Source: an uncultured Candidatus Saccharibacteria bacterium
Lineage (GTDB): Bacteria > Patescibacteriota > Saccharimonadia > Saccharimonadales > EFPC-124
DNA: 64,000 bases
NCBI GenBank assembly: GCA_965225085.1
Contig: CBDDBE010000001.1
Span: 129,641-193,640, forward strand
Reading direction: 5' to 3'
Every line of letters begins with the position of its first letter. Within the stretch, counting starts at the first letter, position 1. The translations under genes were made by a program, and so were the position numbers. The notes below the pieces were generated by a model. The model saw nothing but the letters and a program-made list of their open reading frames with translations. It ran no database searches and was not told the DNA's origin. Below, piece after piece: positions 43,298-52,592 of this stretch.

Positions 43298-45934
43298 CTA
43301 TTTCTTCACTACTACGCTCAACGGCGTGCGTTGGTCAGACTGACCCAACGGATTGTCACCAAAGATATCTTCAAATAGCTTTTCTGGCTGCCCGGTGTTT
43401 TGGCCGAGCACATTACGACCAATGTCGTTACTGTCTATCACAACCACACCTTTAAAATGCTCCGTAGTGGCGGTGGGCAAGGCTACACGAATCACGTCAG
43501 TCAACTGCCGTGCAACCTTATCTGGGTCTTTGGGCGCAAGCTTGGCGCTGACGTTGCTGGGGTAGACCGAATATTCTGTCGGACCGTCGATGGCACGAAT
43601 GTCACTCCCCACCAGATTGTAGAATGTGCCACGCCTGCCAACCATCTTGCCCAACGCTCCGCCAACAGATGCGTACAATATCCGCAGCAAGCCCACCTCC
43701 TGAATCGCCAATTGCATAGTCCATGGGCTACCGAGGCCAATGCCATACGGTGTCTTGGTCACCCGACGGCTGAGGAACCGCGCCCACCAACCAGGCGTAA
43801 TGTCCCACACAAAGTAGCTGCGGCCCTGGGTAATCGCGACAATCTTCTCGCTTATTAGGAGGTACCAGTCGTGCGTGGCGTAACTCGCCTGCTGCGTGTC
43901 GGCGCCCAGAGCGTCAAAGAATTTCTGCAAGCGCGTGGTGACAAATTCCTGTAAATTATCTTTGGCGCTCACCATGTCGGTACGGAGCGGATAGCGGCGG
44001 TACTCTGCGTCGCCGACGCGTATGTCTAGCTCTTTACCCTCGTTTGGCTCAAGCTCGCCCTTCTCGTGCACAGGTTTATCATCCTTCTCGTCAAAAAATT
44101 CACGCAACCACAGCTCTACATTCAGGAACCGCCAATACAGCAGGCTATTACTGTCGTTCTTGCCCTTGATAAACCCTTCGAATGCTTCAGCAACGGCAGC
44201 CGCGTCCCAATACGGACGAGAAACGAAACTCTCACTTAGGAAGATCCCATAAAAACGATTCTTCAGGCGCATAAACCACTCGTGCTCTGGCGTTGTAAAG
44301 CCAATCTTGTTCCGTCGGCGATTGATCATAGGTGGTAGCAGATCACGAGTAGCATCACGCAGAATCCGCTTGTTCCAGCCGCCCTTTATGATCGACTCGT
44401 CATCCAGTGCAAACAGGAACTTCAAAACGTCCTTGTCTAGGAACGGCACCCGGCCTTCCAGGCTAAAGCGCATGGTATTCTTGTCCTCGTAACGTAGCAG
44501 CGACGGCAAGCTATTGCTAAAGGTGTCCTCAATGAGCCGAAGCTTGAGGTTGTCTGACGTGACGACGAACTTCTCGGCGGCGAACTTCTTGCTAAAATCC
44601 TGGCTGATGAGCCGGGCAACAGGTATCGACTTCCTACGAAGCAACCGCCCCGCAAGGTTTACCCGCGCAAACCTATAAAAGATATCGACGCTGCTCAGCA
44701 CCTCGCGGATCAGTGCACCCCATTGGCCTCGAGTTTTCAACTGGCGCAGATACACAAAATAATATGGTACATACCCAGCCATCGTCTCATCCGCGCCTTG
44801 GCCATCCAGCAGCACCGTCACGTGCTTGGTCGCCTCCTCCATGACCTTGTACTGCGCGTACGGACCGGTGCTGATCAGCGGCTCTTCCTGCGTACGGATA
44901 AAATCCTCCAGATCGTTCACAAATGCGTCTGCATCGGGCTTGATCTTGTGCGCCGTTACACTATCGCCAACCCGCTCCAGCAGCGAATCGACGTACGCCT
45001 CCTCGTCATTTTGACTGCCCGGGAAGATGGCGCTAAAGGTGTTTTGACGCGCGCCAACAGAGATAGTTGCGTCGTGATCGTCCTTCATCAGCTGGTTAAT
45101 AACCGCCACGACCGTCGAGCTATCAAGCCCACCAGAAAAGCTCGTGCCGACCGGCACTTCACTCTGCAGACGCAAACGAACTGCCTGGGTGAGGCGCTGC
45201 TTGTACTCAGCGGCAACATCGGCGTCGTACGGATGATTTTCGCTACTCAGTCGCTTGAGGTCGGCCTTCAGCATAGTGTAACTACTGAGCTTTTCACCCT
45301 CGTCGCTGAGCTCGAGAACTTCGCCAGGCATCAGCTTCGTGATACCGTCGAAGAACGTTTCCGGGCTGTCTTCGTGGATGCGAAATCGCAAATAGCGATA
45401 AATACTGCGATCGTTAGGTTTCTTGGCGACCAAGCCAGTTGCAAGCAATGGCTTGATCTCTGAGGCAAATAGCAGTTGACCTTTGGCGGGGCGAGCCATA
45501 TACAGCGGTTTGATGCCAAAATGGTCGCGAGCCAGGACCAGCTTGCCGGCTTTGCGGTCGTGAATAGCCAGCGCGAACATGCCGTTTAGCTTGTCAAACG
45601 CGGCGATACCCCAGGTCGCGTAGGCCTGCAAGACCACCTCAGTATCTGACTGGGTCAAAAATTCACAGCCCACAGCCTCTAGCTCTTTGCGAAGCTCCAG
45701 ATAGTTGTAGACTTCACCGTTATAGATGATGACGTGCGACTTGTCCTTGGTATACAGCGGCTGAATACCGTGCTCGCGGTCGATAATAGCTAGCCGCAGC
45801 TGGGCTAGGCCTACTCGGCCGTCAACGTAATATCCCTCACCGTCCGGCCCCCGATGGGCCTGCGCTGCATTCATGGATCTGAGGAGTTTTTCAGAGCCGT
45901 CATCAAGATTGTAGTAGCCAGCAATTCCGCACAT
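43298..45934 (-). CDS. Asparagine synthase (glutamine-hydrolysing)-type amidotransferase fused to a CofE / F420-0:gamma-glutamyl-ligase-like C-terminal domain
   Basis: 878 aa. N-terminus MCGIAGY (Ntn Cys), PP-loop ..SFSGGLDSS.. . The last ~250 aa contain ..LLISEKIVAITQGRSYF.., ..IRAIDGP..LAPKDPDKVA.., ..VVVIDSNDIGRNVLG.. resembling CofE blocks. Confidence 0.75.
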   Translation of the reverse strand: MCGIAGYYNLDDGSEKLLRSMNAAQAHRGPDGEGYYVDGRVGLAQLRLAIIDREHGIQPLYTKDKSHVIIYNGEVYNYLELRKELEAVGCEFLTQSDTEVVLQAYATWGIAAFDKLNGMFALAIHDRKAGKLVLARDHFGIKPLYMARPAKGQLLFASEIKPLLATGLVAKKPNDRSIYRYLRFRIHEDSPETFFDGITKLMPGEVLELSDEGEKLSSYTMLKADLKRLSSENHPYDADVAAEYKQRLTQAVRLRLQSEVPVGTSFSGGLDSSTVVAVINQLMKDDHDATISVGARQNTFSAIFPGSQNDEEAYVDSLLERVGDSVTAHKIKPDADAFVNDLEDFIRTQEEPLISTGPYAQYKVMEEATKHVTVLLDGQGADETMAGYVPYYFVYLRQLKTRGQWGALIREVLSSVDIFYRFARVNLAGRLLRRKSIPVARLISQDFSKKFAAEKFVVTSDNLKLRLIEDTFSNSLPSLLRYEDKNTMRFSLEGRVPFLDKDVLKFLFALDDESIIKGGWNKRILRDATRDLLPPMINRRRNKIGFTTPEHEWFMRLKNRFYGIFLSESFVSRPYWDAAAVAEAFEGFIKGKNDSNSLLYWRFLNVELWLREFFDEKDDKPVHEKGELEPNEGKELDIRVGDAEYRRYPLRTDMVSAKDNLQEFVTTRLQKFFDALGADTQQASYATHDWYLLISEKIVAITQGRSYFVWDITPGWWARFLSRRVTKTPYGIGLGSPWTMQLAIQEVGLLRILYASVGGALGKMVGRRGTFYNLVGSDIRAIDGPTEYSVYPSNVSAKLAPKDPDKVARQLTDVIRVALPTATTEHFKGVVVIDSNDIGRNVLGQNTGQPEKLFEDIFGDNPLGQSDQRTPLSVVVKK

Positions 45935-45984
45935 ATATAAGCCCAGGGTACTACAAATACCCTCCGTTCGCCAGATGAAGCCTC

Positions 45985-46017
45985 AAAATAAACGTGCCCC
46001 AGCCTTTCGGCTGGGGC
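45985..46017 (-). terminator. Rho-independent terminator
   Basis: gccccagcc-tttc-ggctggggc 9-bp stem. On the minus strand it is followed by a T-rich run (plus-strand aaaataaa at 45985-45992). Confidence 0.7.
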
Positions 46018-46023
46018 GGCGGC

Positions 46024-46266
46024 TCACGTGTGGCCATAGTCTCCGGCGACGTTCCAGAACCTGTCGGCGGCGATGTCGCCAGCCGCCCAGCCCGCCAGAT
46101 AGCACGAGTCTTCAGATTGCGGCTCGCGACCCTCGCGGCCGTCCTGTGCACCCTGTTTCCAAATCCGCATTGCCGCCTCATGCGCCGCACCATCAAGCAG
46201 GTCCGGGCAGTAGTCGAAGTGCAGATCGTTGCCGCGGCGACACCGCAGGCAGTATTCGTCCATCAT
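46024..46266 (-). CDS. Rmf/CrpP-like small GC-rich protein
   Basis: ATG 46266/46263 after aaagggg. ..HEAAMRIWKQGAQDGREGREPQSEDSCYLAGWAAG.. fits the G-x-x-(A/D)G...C/P...(W)LxGW pattern of ribosome-modulation-factor/CrpP-type proteins. Confidence 0.45.
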   Translation of the reverse strand: MMDEYCLRCRRGNDLHFDYCPDLLDGAAHEAAMRIWKQGAQDGREGREPQSEDSCYLAGWAAGDIAADRFWNVAGDYGHT

Positions 46267-46339
46267 AGCCCCTTTAAGGAGAAACTGCTCGCCTTCGTGA
46301 ACTTTCAAGATAGAAGAATACTATAATTCAGTATATATG

Positions 46340-48742
46340 TCAATGTCCTAATGTTTTATCACCAGGCAGTGTAATCGCGCTTGCTGGGACACTTGGATCC
46401 GACACATTGCCAGCAGCATCAATCGCCGCAACGGTGTAACTGTAGGTCGTGAGCGGCGTCAGGCCCGTGTCCGTGTAGGTTGTGGTAGGTGCCGTAGCCA
46501 CCAGCTTACCGTCACGGTATACGCGGTAACCCGTCACACCCACATTGTCAGTACTGGCCGTCCATTGTAGGCTCGCGCCGGTCGCGGTCGTACCCGTTAC
46601 CACTAGCCCTGTGGGTGCACTTGGCGCGGTCGCGTCCGGCTGAACCTGAGAAGGAGGGGCGGTTGGGCTCGTGTAGTTTGAGTTGTCTGCAGGCTTTTGC
46701 TCGACCTGGTTGCAGGTCTTGGTCGGTAGCGTGCCCGCTAGGAAATATTCGGTGTAGGTATTGTCACCTGCGGCCTGGGCTAGCGCCCCGTCTGCGCGGC
46801 AAGTGTCGTGAGATACGACCGTCGAAGGCTGCACAAACTTCTCAATTGTAGCCCCAGTTAGCAACTGCCTCATCAGGCTCAGCCAAATCGGACCCGATCC
46901 ACTCGCGCCAGCAACGGCGCTCATAGGCGTGTTGTCGTTGTTGCCAATCCACACCCCAATCGCCAAGCTAGGCGTGTACCCAATAGTCCAGGCGTCGCGA
47001 TAATCGTCGGTCGTTCCGGTCTTCACGGCGACAGGGCGATTAGCCGCAACGGTGAGGCTGCTGCCAAATATTTCGGCTCGGGCGCTGTTGTCTGACAGGA
47101 TCGAGCTGATAATAAAGGCCGTCCCAGGGCTGAATACCGTATTCGCAGCTGGCTGCTCCTTGTAAATTTCGTTCTTGTTCTTGTCGGTGATGCTCATAAC
47201 TAGCTGGGTAGCATGACGTTGGCCTTGGTTTGCAAACGCCGTGTACGCACCTGTCATCTCTAGCAAATCCGCCTGGCCACTGCCCAGAGCTAACGGCAGG
47301 CCGTACTGATCAGCTGTTTGCGTCAATGTAGTAATGCCAGCCTGCTTGGCCTTGTCCAGGACCGCCTGCACGCCGATTTTCTGCATTGCCTCGACGGCCG
47401 GAATATTCAGCGAGTTGGACAGCGCACGGCGCAGCGTCACATCTCCGCGATACTTTAGATCGTAATCCTTTGGCTGGTATCCATCAAAGTTCTGTGGCGT
47501 ATCCGAGAAGATAGTCGCGCCAGTCATCAGGCGATTCTCGATACCTGTCGCGTACATAATTGGTTTGAACGACGAACCCGGCTGCCGCGTGGTGGTCACC
47601 ATGTTGACTTTGCCGAACTGGTCGTTACCCCAGTCGACGCTGCCAACCAACGCCAGCACCTCACCCGACTTTGGGTCTACGATGACGGCGCTGCCATTGG
47701 TAACCTTGCTGTAACGCAAGTTTGTGATTTGCTTCTGGACGGCTGCCTCAGCCTTGGACTGGTCGCCCAGATCGAGCGTTGTCTTCACTACATATCCCGA
47801 CCTCGCCACGGTCTCTTCGCCATATTTGTCATCGAGCCACTGCTTGACCATCAACGCAAAGTGCGGTGCTGTCGGCGATGCGTTTACCTTCGGCGGCTGG
47901 TACGATAATTGCTCGGCTAACGCTGACGATTGCTGGTCTTTGGCAATCACGCCATCGGTCTGCATGCGACCCAGCACATACGTTTGGCGCTCCTTGGCCT
48001 TCTGGGCGTCACCCGAGATTGGCGAATAGGCGCTTGGCGCTGGCAACAGACCAATGAGCATAGCCGCCTGCGCCGTATCCAGATCCTTCGCCGACTTGCC
48101 AAAATACGTATGCGCCGCGTCTTCTATGCCAAACGCGCCCTCGCCAAAATAGACCGAGTTGAGATACATCTCGAGAATCTCGTCCTTACTATAGCGCCGC
48201 TCCACCTCTATAGACAGGATCAGCTCCTGGTATTTACGAAAGATGCTACGGTTCTGGCTCAACAAAGCATTTTTGACCAGCTGCTGCGTGATGGTTGACC
48301 CGCCGCCGCCACTGCCAGCGTGGATAATGTTCTGATAAAATGCATTTGCTATGCCCACAGGCGAGAAGCCCGGATGGCTATAAAAGTCCTTGTCCTCGGA
48401 TGAAATCGTCGCTTTCTGCGCAATTGGCGCAATATCCTTCAGCTGCACATACGTGTTGGAATGCGCGTTGTTGAACTCGTAATAGGCCTTGCCATTGCGA
48501 TCCTCCAGCGTCACGCCAGTGTTGTTGCGGTTCATTAGTGCGTCCTTGCTGCCCAGCGAGCCAGCGAATGAAATCGTCGTAATAACCGCGACGAACAGTA
48601 GCACCAGGAAGGTCGGCCAGGCTATGACAAAAATCTTCTTCCACAGTGAAAGCTGGCGAAACTTCGCAAGAAGGTTGGTGCTACGACTTGATTTTCGATA
48701 GGAACGACGAGGAGAAGCTCGTCGCGTGGATGACTTTTTCAT
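46340..48742 (-). CDS. Class A penicillin-binding protein (transglycosylase/transpeptidase) with C-terminal fibronectin type III domain
   Basis: ATG 48742 (MKKSSTRR..) lies downstream of the NUDIX terminator. GT51 motifs ..EDKDFYSHPGFS.., ..GGSTITQQLVKN.. . TPase motifs ..SSFKP.., ..SNS.., ..KTGTT.. . FN3: ..PTGLVVTG..LQWTAS..GVTGYRVYRDG.. . Confidence 0.9.
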   Translation of the reverse strand: MKKSSTRRASPRRSYRKSSRSTNLLAKFRQLSLWKKIFVIAWPTFLVLLFVAVITTISFAGSLGSKDALMNRNNTGVTLEDRNGKAYYEFNNAHSNTYVQLKDIAPIAQKATISSEDKDFYSHPGFSPVGIANAFYQNIIHAGSGGGGSTITQQLVKNALLSQNRSIFRKYQELILSIEVERRYSKDEILEMYLNSVYFGEGAFGIEDAAHTYFGKSAKDLDTAQAAMLIGLLPAPSAYSPISGDAQKAKERQTYVLGRMQTDGVIAKDQQSSALAEQLSYQPPKVNASPTAPHFALMVKQWLDDKYGEETVARSGYVVKTTLDLGDQSKAEAAVQKQITNLRYSKVTNGSAVIVDPKSGEVLALVGSVDWGNDQFGKVNMVTTTRQPGSSFKPIMYATGIENRLMTGATIFSDTPQNFDGYQPKDYDLKYRGDVTLRRALSNSLNIPAVEAMQKIGVQAVLDKAKQAGITTLTQTADQYGLPLALGSGQADLLEMTGAYTAFANQGQRHATQLVMSITDKNKNEIYKEQPAANTVFSPGTAFIISSILSDNSARAEIFGSSLTVAANRPVAVKTGTTDDYRDAWTIGYTPSLAIGVWIGNNDNTPMSAVAGASGSGPIWLSLMRQLLTGATIEKFVQPSTVVSHDTCRADGALAQAAGDNTYTEYFLAGTLPTKTCNQVEQKPADNSNYTSPTAPPSQVQPDATAPSAPTGLVVTGTTATGASLQWTASTDNVGVTGYRVYRDGKLVATAPTTTYTDTGLTPLTTYSYTVAAIDAAGNVSDPSVPASAITLPGDKTLGH

Positions 48743-48772
48743 CAGTGCCTTTATAATACCACTTCCGGCCGT

Positions 48773-48806
48773 AAAAAAATCGCCCTGGGTCGCTACAACC
48801 CAGGGC
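48773..48806 (-). terminator. Rho-independent terminator of the NUDIX gene
   Basis: gccctggg / cccagggc 8-bp stem followed on the minus strand by a 7-T run (plus-strand A-run 48773-48779). Confidence 0.7.
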
Positions 48807-48813
48807 ACTGTGA

Positions 48814-49428
48814 CTAGCGAGTAAGCGCTTGCGCTTCCGCAAACGTCAGGCCCAAAGCCGTCAGTGAATGAGGGACCATTACTTCCAAATGGCCGGGCAC
48901 CAGGTTTGGGACATGCCGAATGCGATTAACCGGTGTCCAGAAAAGTTCGGTAAGCTCCTTGCCATCGGGCTCGAGTTTCGGGCGCGGACCGGAGAACAGG
49001 GCAACCATGCTCAAAAGATGCACCTCCACGTCACCCTTCATATCAATAAAACGCCCGCCTGGCCGGAACTCCACTCTCTGGATGAATTCCGGGGTAGCTC
49101 CCGTCTCCTCCTTAAGCTCCGTGGCGGCAGCGTTCTTGATTGCGTCGAACTGATCGTAGTCGATCCTCCCTGTAGGGTCAAACAACACATCGACGAATCC
49201 GCCAACGTACGTTGCCCTGCCGCTTTTACGCCTCCCATGCAAAACCTCCGTATGACCATTGACGACCGATTCCCTAGAGACCACTGCCACACTTACTGCG
49301 TAGTGTCTCTTGGCATTCGTATAGTCGACTCCCGGACCGCCCTGGTACAACGGCAGGGGCGGATTATGAGATGCGACGTAGCGACGGACCTCTTTCGTGA
49401 CAGCCATGCTGTCATACACTGTAATCAC
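48814..49428 (-). CDS. NUDIX hydrolase
   Basis: 204 aa. Nudix box ..GGFVD..(x)..AAATELKEETGA.. . Confidence 0.65.
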   Translation of the reverse strand: MITVYDSMAVTKEVRRYVASHNPPLPLYQGGPGVDYTNAKRHYAVSVAVVSRESVVNGHTEVLHGRRKSGRATYVGGFVDVLFDPTGRIDYDQFDAIKNAAATELKEETGATPEFIQRVEFRPGGRFIDMKGDVEVHLLSMVALFSGPRPKLEPDGKELTELFWTPVNRIRHVPNLVPGHLEVMVPHSLTALGLTFAEAQALTR

Positions 49429-49594
49429 AAAGGATATTTATACTGAAAAATCAATTACAACGCAATTGGCTAAAGATCGAGAGTATACCGTTACGGCATG
49501 TAGCATCTTAATTAAATTGCGGCTGACCACGTAGCCCAAATTTTGGAACACTATCCATCCGAGCTTCATACCCATGCCTGAAGGGCTATTGGGC

Positions 49595-50254
49595 TTACGC
49601 TCGGCGTAACGCTTGTATGTGACGACATACTGGGATGATCCAAAGTGTGTACGAGATAAGTAATAGGCGGCCAATTAATCCAGCGTAAACTCCCTCATGA
49701 TATACATTGTCCTTTGGTAAAACAGCGATAAACGCAAACATCAGCCCGAGAGATAGGCCTGCGGCGACAAACATCAAAGCGCGCATAGACCGCCAGGCTT
49801 GCTTGCGCCATAGGCTGATACTCAGAAGTAGCATAGCAATCGGTGAGTAATCCAGCGCAGCGCCAAGAACATGCATGTTGCCACTGAAGTCCATCGCATT
49901 TTGAGGAGTCGTAATCGGATCGGTTGTGAAGATCCCAGCCATAAGGATGCCAATAGCAGCAAGAATGAACCCAGCGAGGCCGACATATCCCAACTTAGTG
50001 CGCGCTTGAGACCAAAGGCTTACTGCGGTAGCCGCTAAACTGGTGGCGAGAGCTACGAATGCAAGGTGCATGAGGAAGCCGTAGCGCCCCAACTCATATT
50101 CACTGATAAAACGCCAAGTTGGATCAAAGTTAGACTCTATCACATGAAGTAGACCGACTAGCACAACAAATACGATGCCGCCAACTATGGCAATAGTAGC
50201 GGCAGTGCTCGCCCACTGGGATACCGGTTGTGTTCGGGTAAGTGTCTTCTCCAT
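49595..50254 (-). CDS. DUF998-like membrane protein
   Basis: 219 aa, 6 TM helices. ..FISEYELGRYGFLM.. motif. Confidence 0.6.
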   Translation of the reverse strand: MEKTLTRTQPVSQWASTAATIAIVGGIVFVVLVGLLHVIESNFDPTWRFISEYELGRYGFLMHLAFVALATSLAATAVSLWSQARTKLGYVGLAGFILAAIGILMAGIFTTDPITTPQNAMDFSGNMHVLGAALDYSPIAMLLLSISLWRKQAWRSMRALMFVAAGLSLGLMFAFIAVLPKDNVYHEGVYAGLIGRLLLISYTLWIIPVCRHIQALRRA

Positions 50255-50256
50255 GG

Positions 50257-50679
50257 CTATTTAACTCGTTTCATGGTTGATTTATAGCCTCCGCCCGGAT
50301 ACACCCACTCACCTTCACAGGTATCATTGTTTGTAAACGTACCTTTGAAGTACGATGGTGAGCCCTTCTCGCCACCCCAAATGGTCAATGTATCGCCTTC
50401 CATCTCATATACGTAATCGAGCGTGCTACCACTGTTGTCGTAGGCTCGTGAGCGGATGTCTACGCTCGGTTCTTCGCCAAAAGGCTGCAGGTGACCAATC
50501 ACTTCAAGGCTTTTGACGGCATGACCAAATAACTGTATATCGACGTGCTGAACCAGGAAGAATTTACCATCCATCCATTCATATGTGACAGCGCCAGTGG
50601 TGTCGCCAGACAGTTCCCAAGTGCCGACGAGTCGGTCGAGTGTTTTTAGATCAGGGTTCGGTTGAGTGGGCGTATCCAT
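50257..50679 (-). CDS. DUF1579-like beta-barrel protein
   Basis: 140 aa. ..LDRLVGTWELSGD..YEWMDGKFFLVQH.. pattern. Confidence 0.5.
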   Translation of the reverse strand: MDTPTQPNPDLKTLDRLVGTWELSGDTTGAVTYEWMDGKFFLVQHVDIQLFGHAVKSLEVIGHLQPFGEEPSVDIRSRAYDNSGSTLDYVYEMEGDTLTIWGGEKGSPSYFKGTFTNNDTCEGEWVYPGGGYKSTMKRVK

Positions 50680-50724
50680 GTTAGGATCCTTTCGTACATT
50701 ATATGGCTTATACTATAGATAATT

Positions 50725-51591
50725 ATGCGCGAAGTATCACAGAAATCCGCAAATTTGTCTGACCGTGAACGGGTGTTACTAGAAAGCGGTTTACTTGAGC
50801 CTGCCATCTTTGATAAATACTTTACTGTGCGAGCCTATGAGCCGGCCGAGGCGCTGGCGCCTTATGTGTCACACTACTGGGTGATGCGCTGGCGGTTGCC
50901 CGAAGGCGTTACCTATCGGCCAGTGGAAGTGCTGTTTGCTCCGATGATGCACGTCTTCTTCACTAAAGATGGGGCCTTTGTGCATGGTATCGTTGATGGT
51001 ACACTCGAGTACGATACGAATGGCACGGGGACGATTGCAGGTATTGCATTTAAGCCTGGTGGTATGCACCTTTTTTGGCCGGGGAAAATGGCAGAACTCT
51101 GCGGCGTACGCACGGACTTAACGAGGCTTTTCCCAATTGCTGATAGTTCATATAGCGCGCAACTGATCACGCAGTCCGATGATAAAATCGTTACCGAAAT
51201 GGAAAACCTGTTACAATCCGCGCCTCTTGGACCGCCAACCTCTCAACTCCAGTTGGTACAAAAAGTGATTGATGTCATTCACACCAACAGCCAGCCGGTT
51301 ACCGTAGCTTCTATTGCGAAGGATTTTAAAACAAGCGAACGTACACTACAGCACTTATTTAAGACATATATTGGGGTAGGCATAAAATGGGTACTCATGC
51401 GTGAACGCTTGCTCAAAGCGATCGGTAATACCGCACCTGTTCCTGGCGTCGCCCACCTCAATTGGGCGCAGCTCGCAGCAGATATGGGTTATAGCAGTCA
51501 GACGCACTTTGTGAATGATTTTAAACGGGTGGTTGGCAAAACACCTCAAATATATCTTCAGGAGAGAAACAAGGACTCGTTGTCGTCTTAA
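50725..51591 (+). CDS. AraC-family transcriptional regulator
   Basis: 288 aa. C-terminal double HTH (..IAKDFKTSERTLQHLFKTYIGV.., ..ADMGYSSQTHFVNDFKRVVGKTPQ..). Confidence 0.85.
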   Translation: MREVSQKSANLSDRERVLLESGLLEPAIFDKYFTVRAYEPAEALAPYVSHYWVMRWRLPEGVTYRPVEVLFAPMMHVFFTKDGAFVHGIVDGTLEYDTNGTGTIAGIAFKPGGMHLFWPGKMAELCGVRTDLTRLFPIADSSYSAQLITQSDDKIVTEMENLLQSAPLGPPTSQLQLVQKVIDVIHTNSQPVTVASIAKDFKTSERTLQHLFKTYIGVGIKWVLMRERLLKAIGNTAPVPGVAHLNWAQLAADMGYSSQTHFVNDFKRVVGKTPQIYLQERNKDSLSS

Positions 51592-51801
51592 AGAGTTCGA
51601 ATTTGAACTAATAGTGCCTTGGCTGGCCTATGCATACTGCGGCAATCTTTTCATATTCTTGTAATAGGAGAGCACTCAAAAAGATTGAGTAAGAGGCTCA
51701 AACCTATTCACCTTCGCCAAAAAGGCTTAGCGGTGCTTTTTTCGAGGTTGGCATATATTAGTCCTGTACATTTTAGCTTATTCACAGTATACAGCAAATC
51801 T

Positions 51802-52377
51802 CTACCACCTATTTTGTGGAAGCTGCACTCGCAGTTGTATTGCAATGTGATCAGCATCATTCTTAATTGTAACGTTTTTCTTGTCGCCGCACTTAGCTAA
51901 GGTATAGGAGCTATCCTTAGCTGTCGTTGAAGCATTACCTAGTACAAAAGTCAATTTTATAGAGCCTTTCTCCGCCCAAGGAAGCTGACTCGTCTTAGAG
52001 GAATAATCGAAGTACCAATTATTGATATAGATAGCAGGCACGGGCAGATCATTGTCCTTGGCATGTCTCAAGTTGAAACCATTTTCACTCGCCACCTGCG
52101 CCACAAGCGCATTCGCTTGATTTCTATTAAGTGTCGTTTCGTAGTAGGCGGTGTAGATTGGAGTAAGGTCATCTGGGCCATGCCCTGAACTTCCGCCCCC
52201 ACATACCTTGGTTACATTTTTAGCGAGAAGCGACTTTTCCAATGGGACCGCTGCACTTGCAGCATCGCTATGAGTGAGGTGAAAAGCCCCAACAGCCAAA
52301 ACTACAAGTAGCATGACCACCACTGTGGGCTTGCTCCATCTGACTTTTTTTACTTCCTTGGTTTTAGGGTTTGCCAT
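51802..52377 (-). CDS. Membrane-anchored/secreted hypothetical protein
   Basis: The track ORF runs into the tRNA. The internal ATG 52377 ([32 protein letters not shown]..) gives 191 aa with an N-terminal anchor. Confidence 0.5.
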   Translation of the reverse strand: MANPKTKEVKKVRWSKPTVVVMLLVVLAVGAFHLTHSDAASAAVPLEKSLLAKNVTKVCGGGSSGHGPDDLTPIYTAYYETTLNRNQANALVAQVASENGFNLRHAKDNDLPVPAIYINNWYFDYSSKTSQLPWAEKGSIKLTFVLGNASTTAKDSSYTLAKCGDKKNVTIKNDADHIAIQLRVQLPQNRW

Positions 52378-52420
52378 GATAATTTCTCTTAATGCCACAA
52401 CTATAGTCCATGAAGCCCAA

Positions 52421-52497
52421 TGGTCGGGGATGCGGGATTCGAACCCACGACCTCCGCGTCCCGAACGCGGCGCGCTGCCGGGCTGCGCCAATCCCCG
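52421..52497 (-). tRNA. tRNA-Pro (anticodon CGG)
   Basis: 77 nt on the reverse complement: acceptor cggggat/atccccg, anticodon stem ccgcg/cgcgg, loop ttCGGga, T-arm gtggg-ttcgaat-cccgc, CCA encoded. Confidence 0.9.
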
Positions 52498-52592
52498 CTA
52501 TAGCCCTAGCCTATGATCTCGGGCGCAGAAATGCAACTATGATCATCTTGCACGCACGCGCTATAATAAACACAACTAAGTGGGGAATCACT

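Noticed and set aside
44723-45463. 246-aa plus-strand ORF antisense to the AsnB-type gene (and similar antisense ORFs at 43400..43858 and 48868..49446)
   Set aside because: The opposite strand carries unambiguous conserved motifs (MCGIAGY, SGGLDSS; Nudix box). The antisense frames are Arg/Leu-rich with no motifs.
52410-52592. N-terminal extensions of ORFs that run across tRNA genes (52410..53006 and 51802..52491 over tRNA-Pro; also 582..791, 31131..31430, 37296..37496, 52313..52516)
   Set aside because: The extensions are translations of tRNA sequence (for example ..[15 protein letters not shown]..). Internal starts with promoter or SD context were used instead, or the ORF was dropped.
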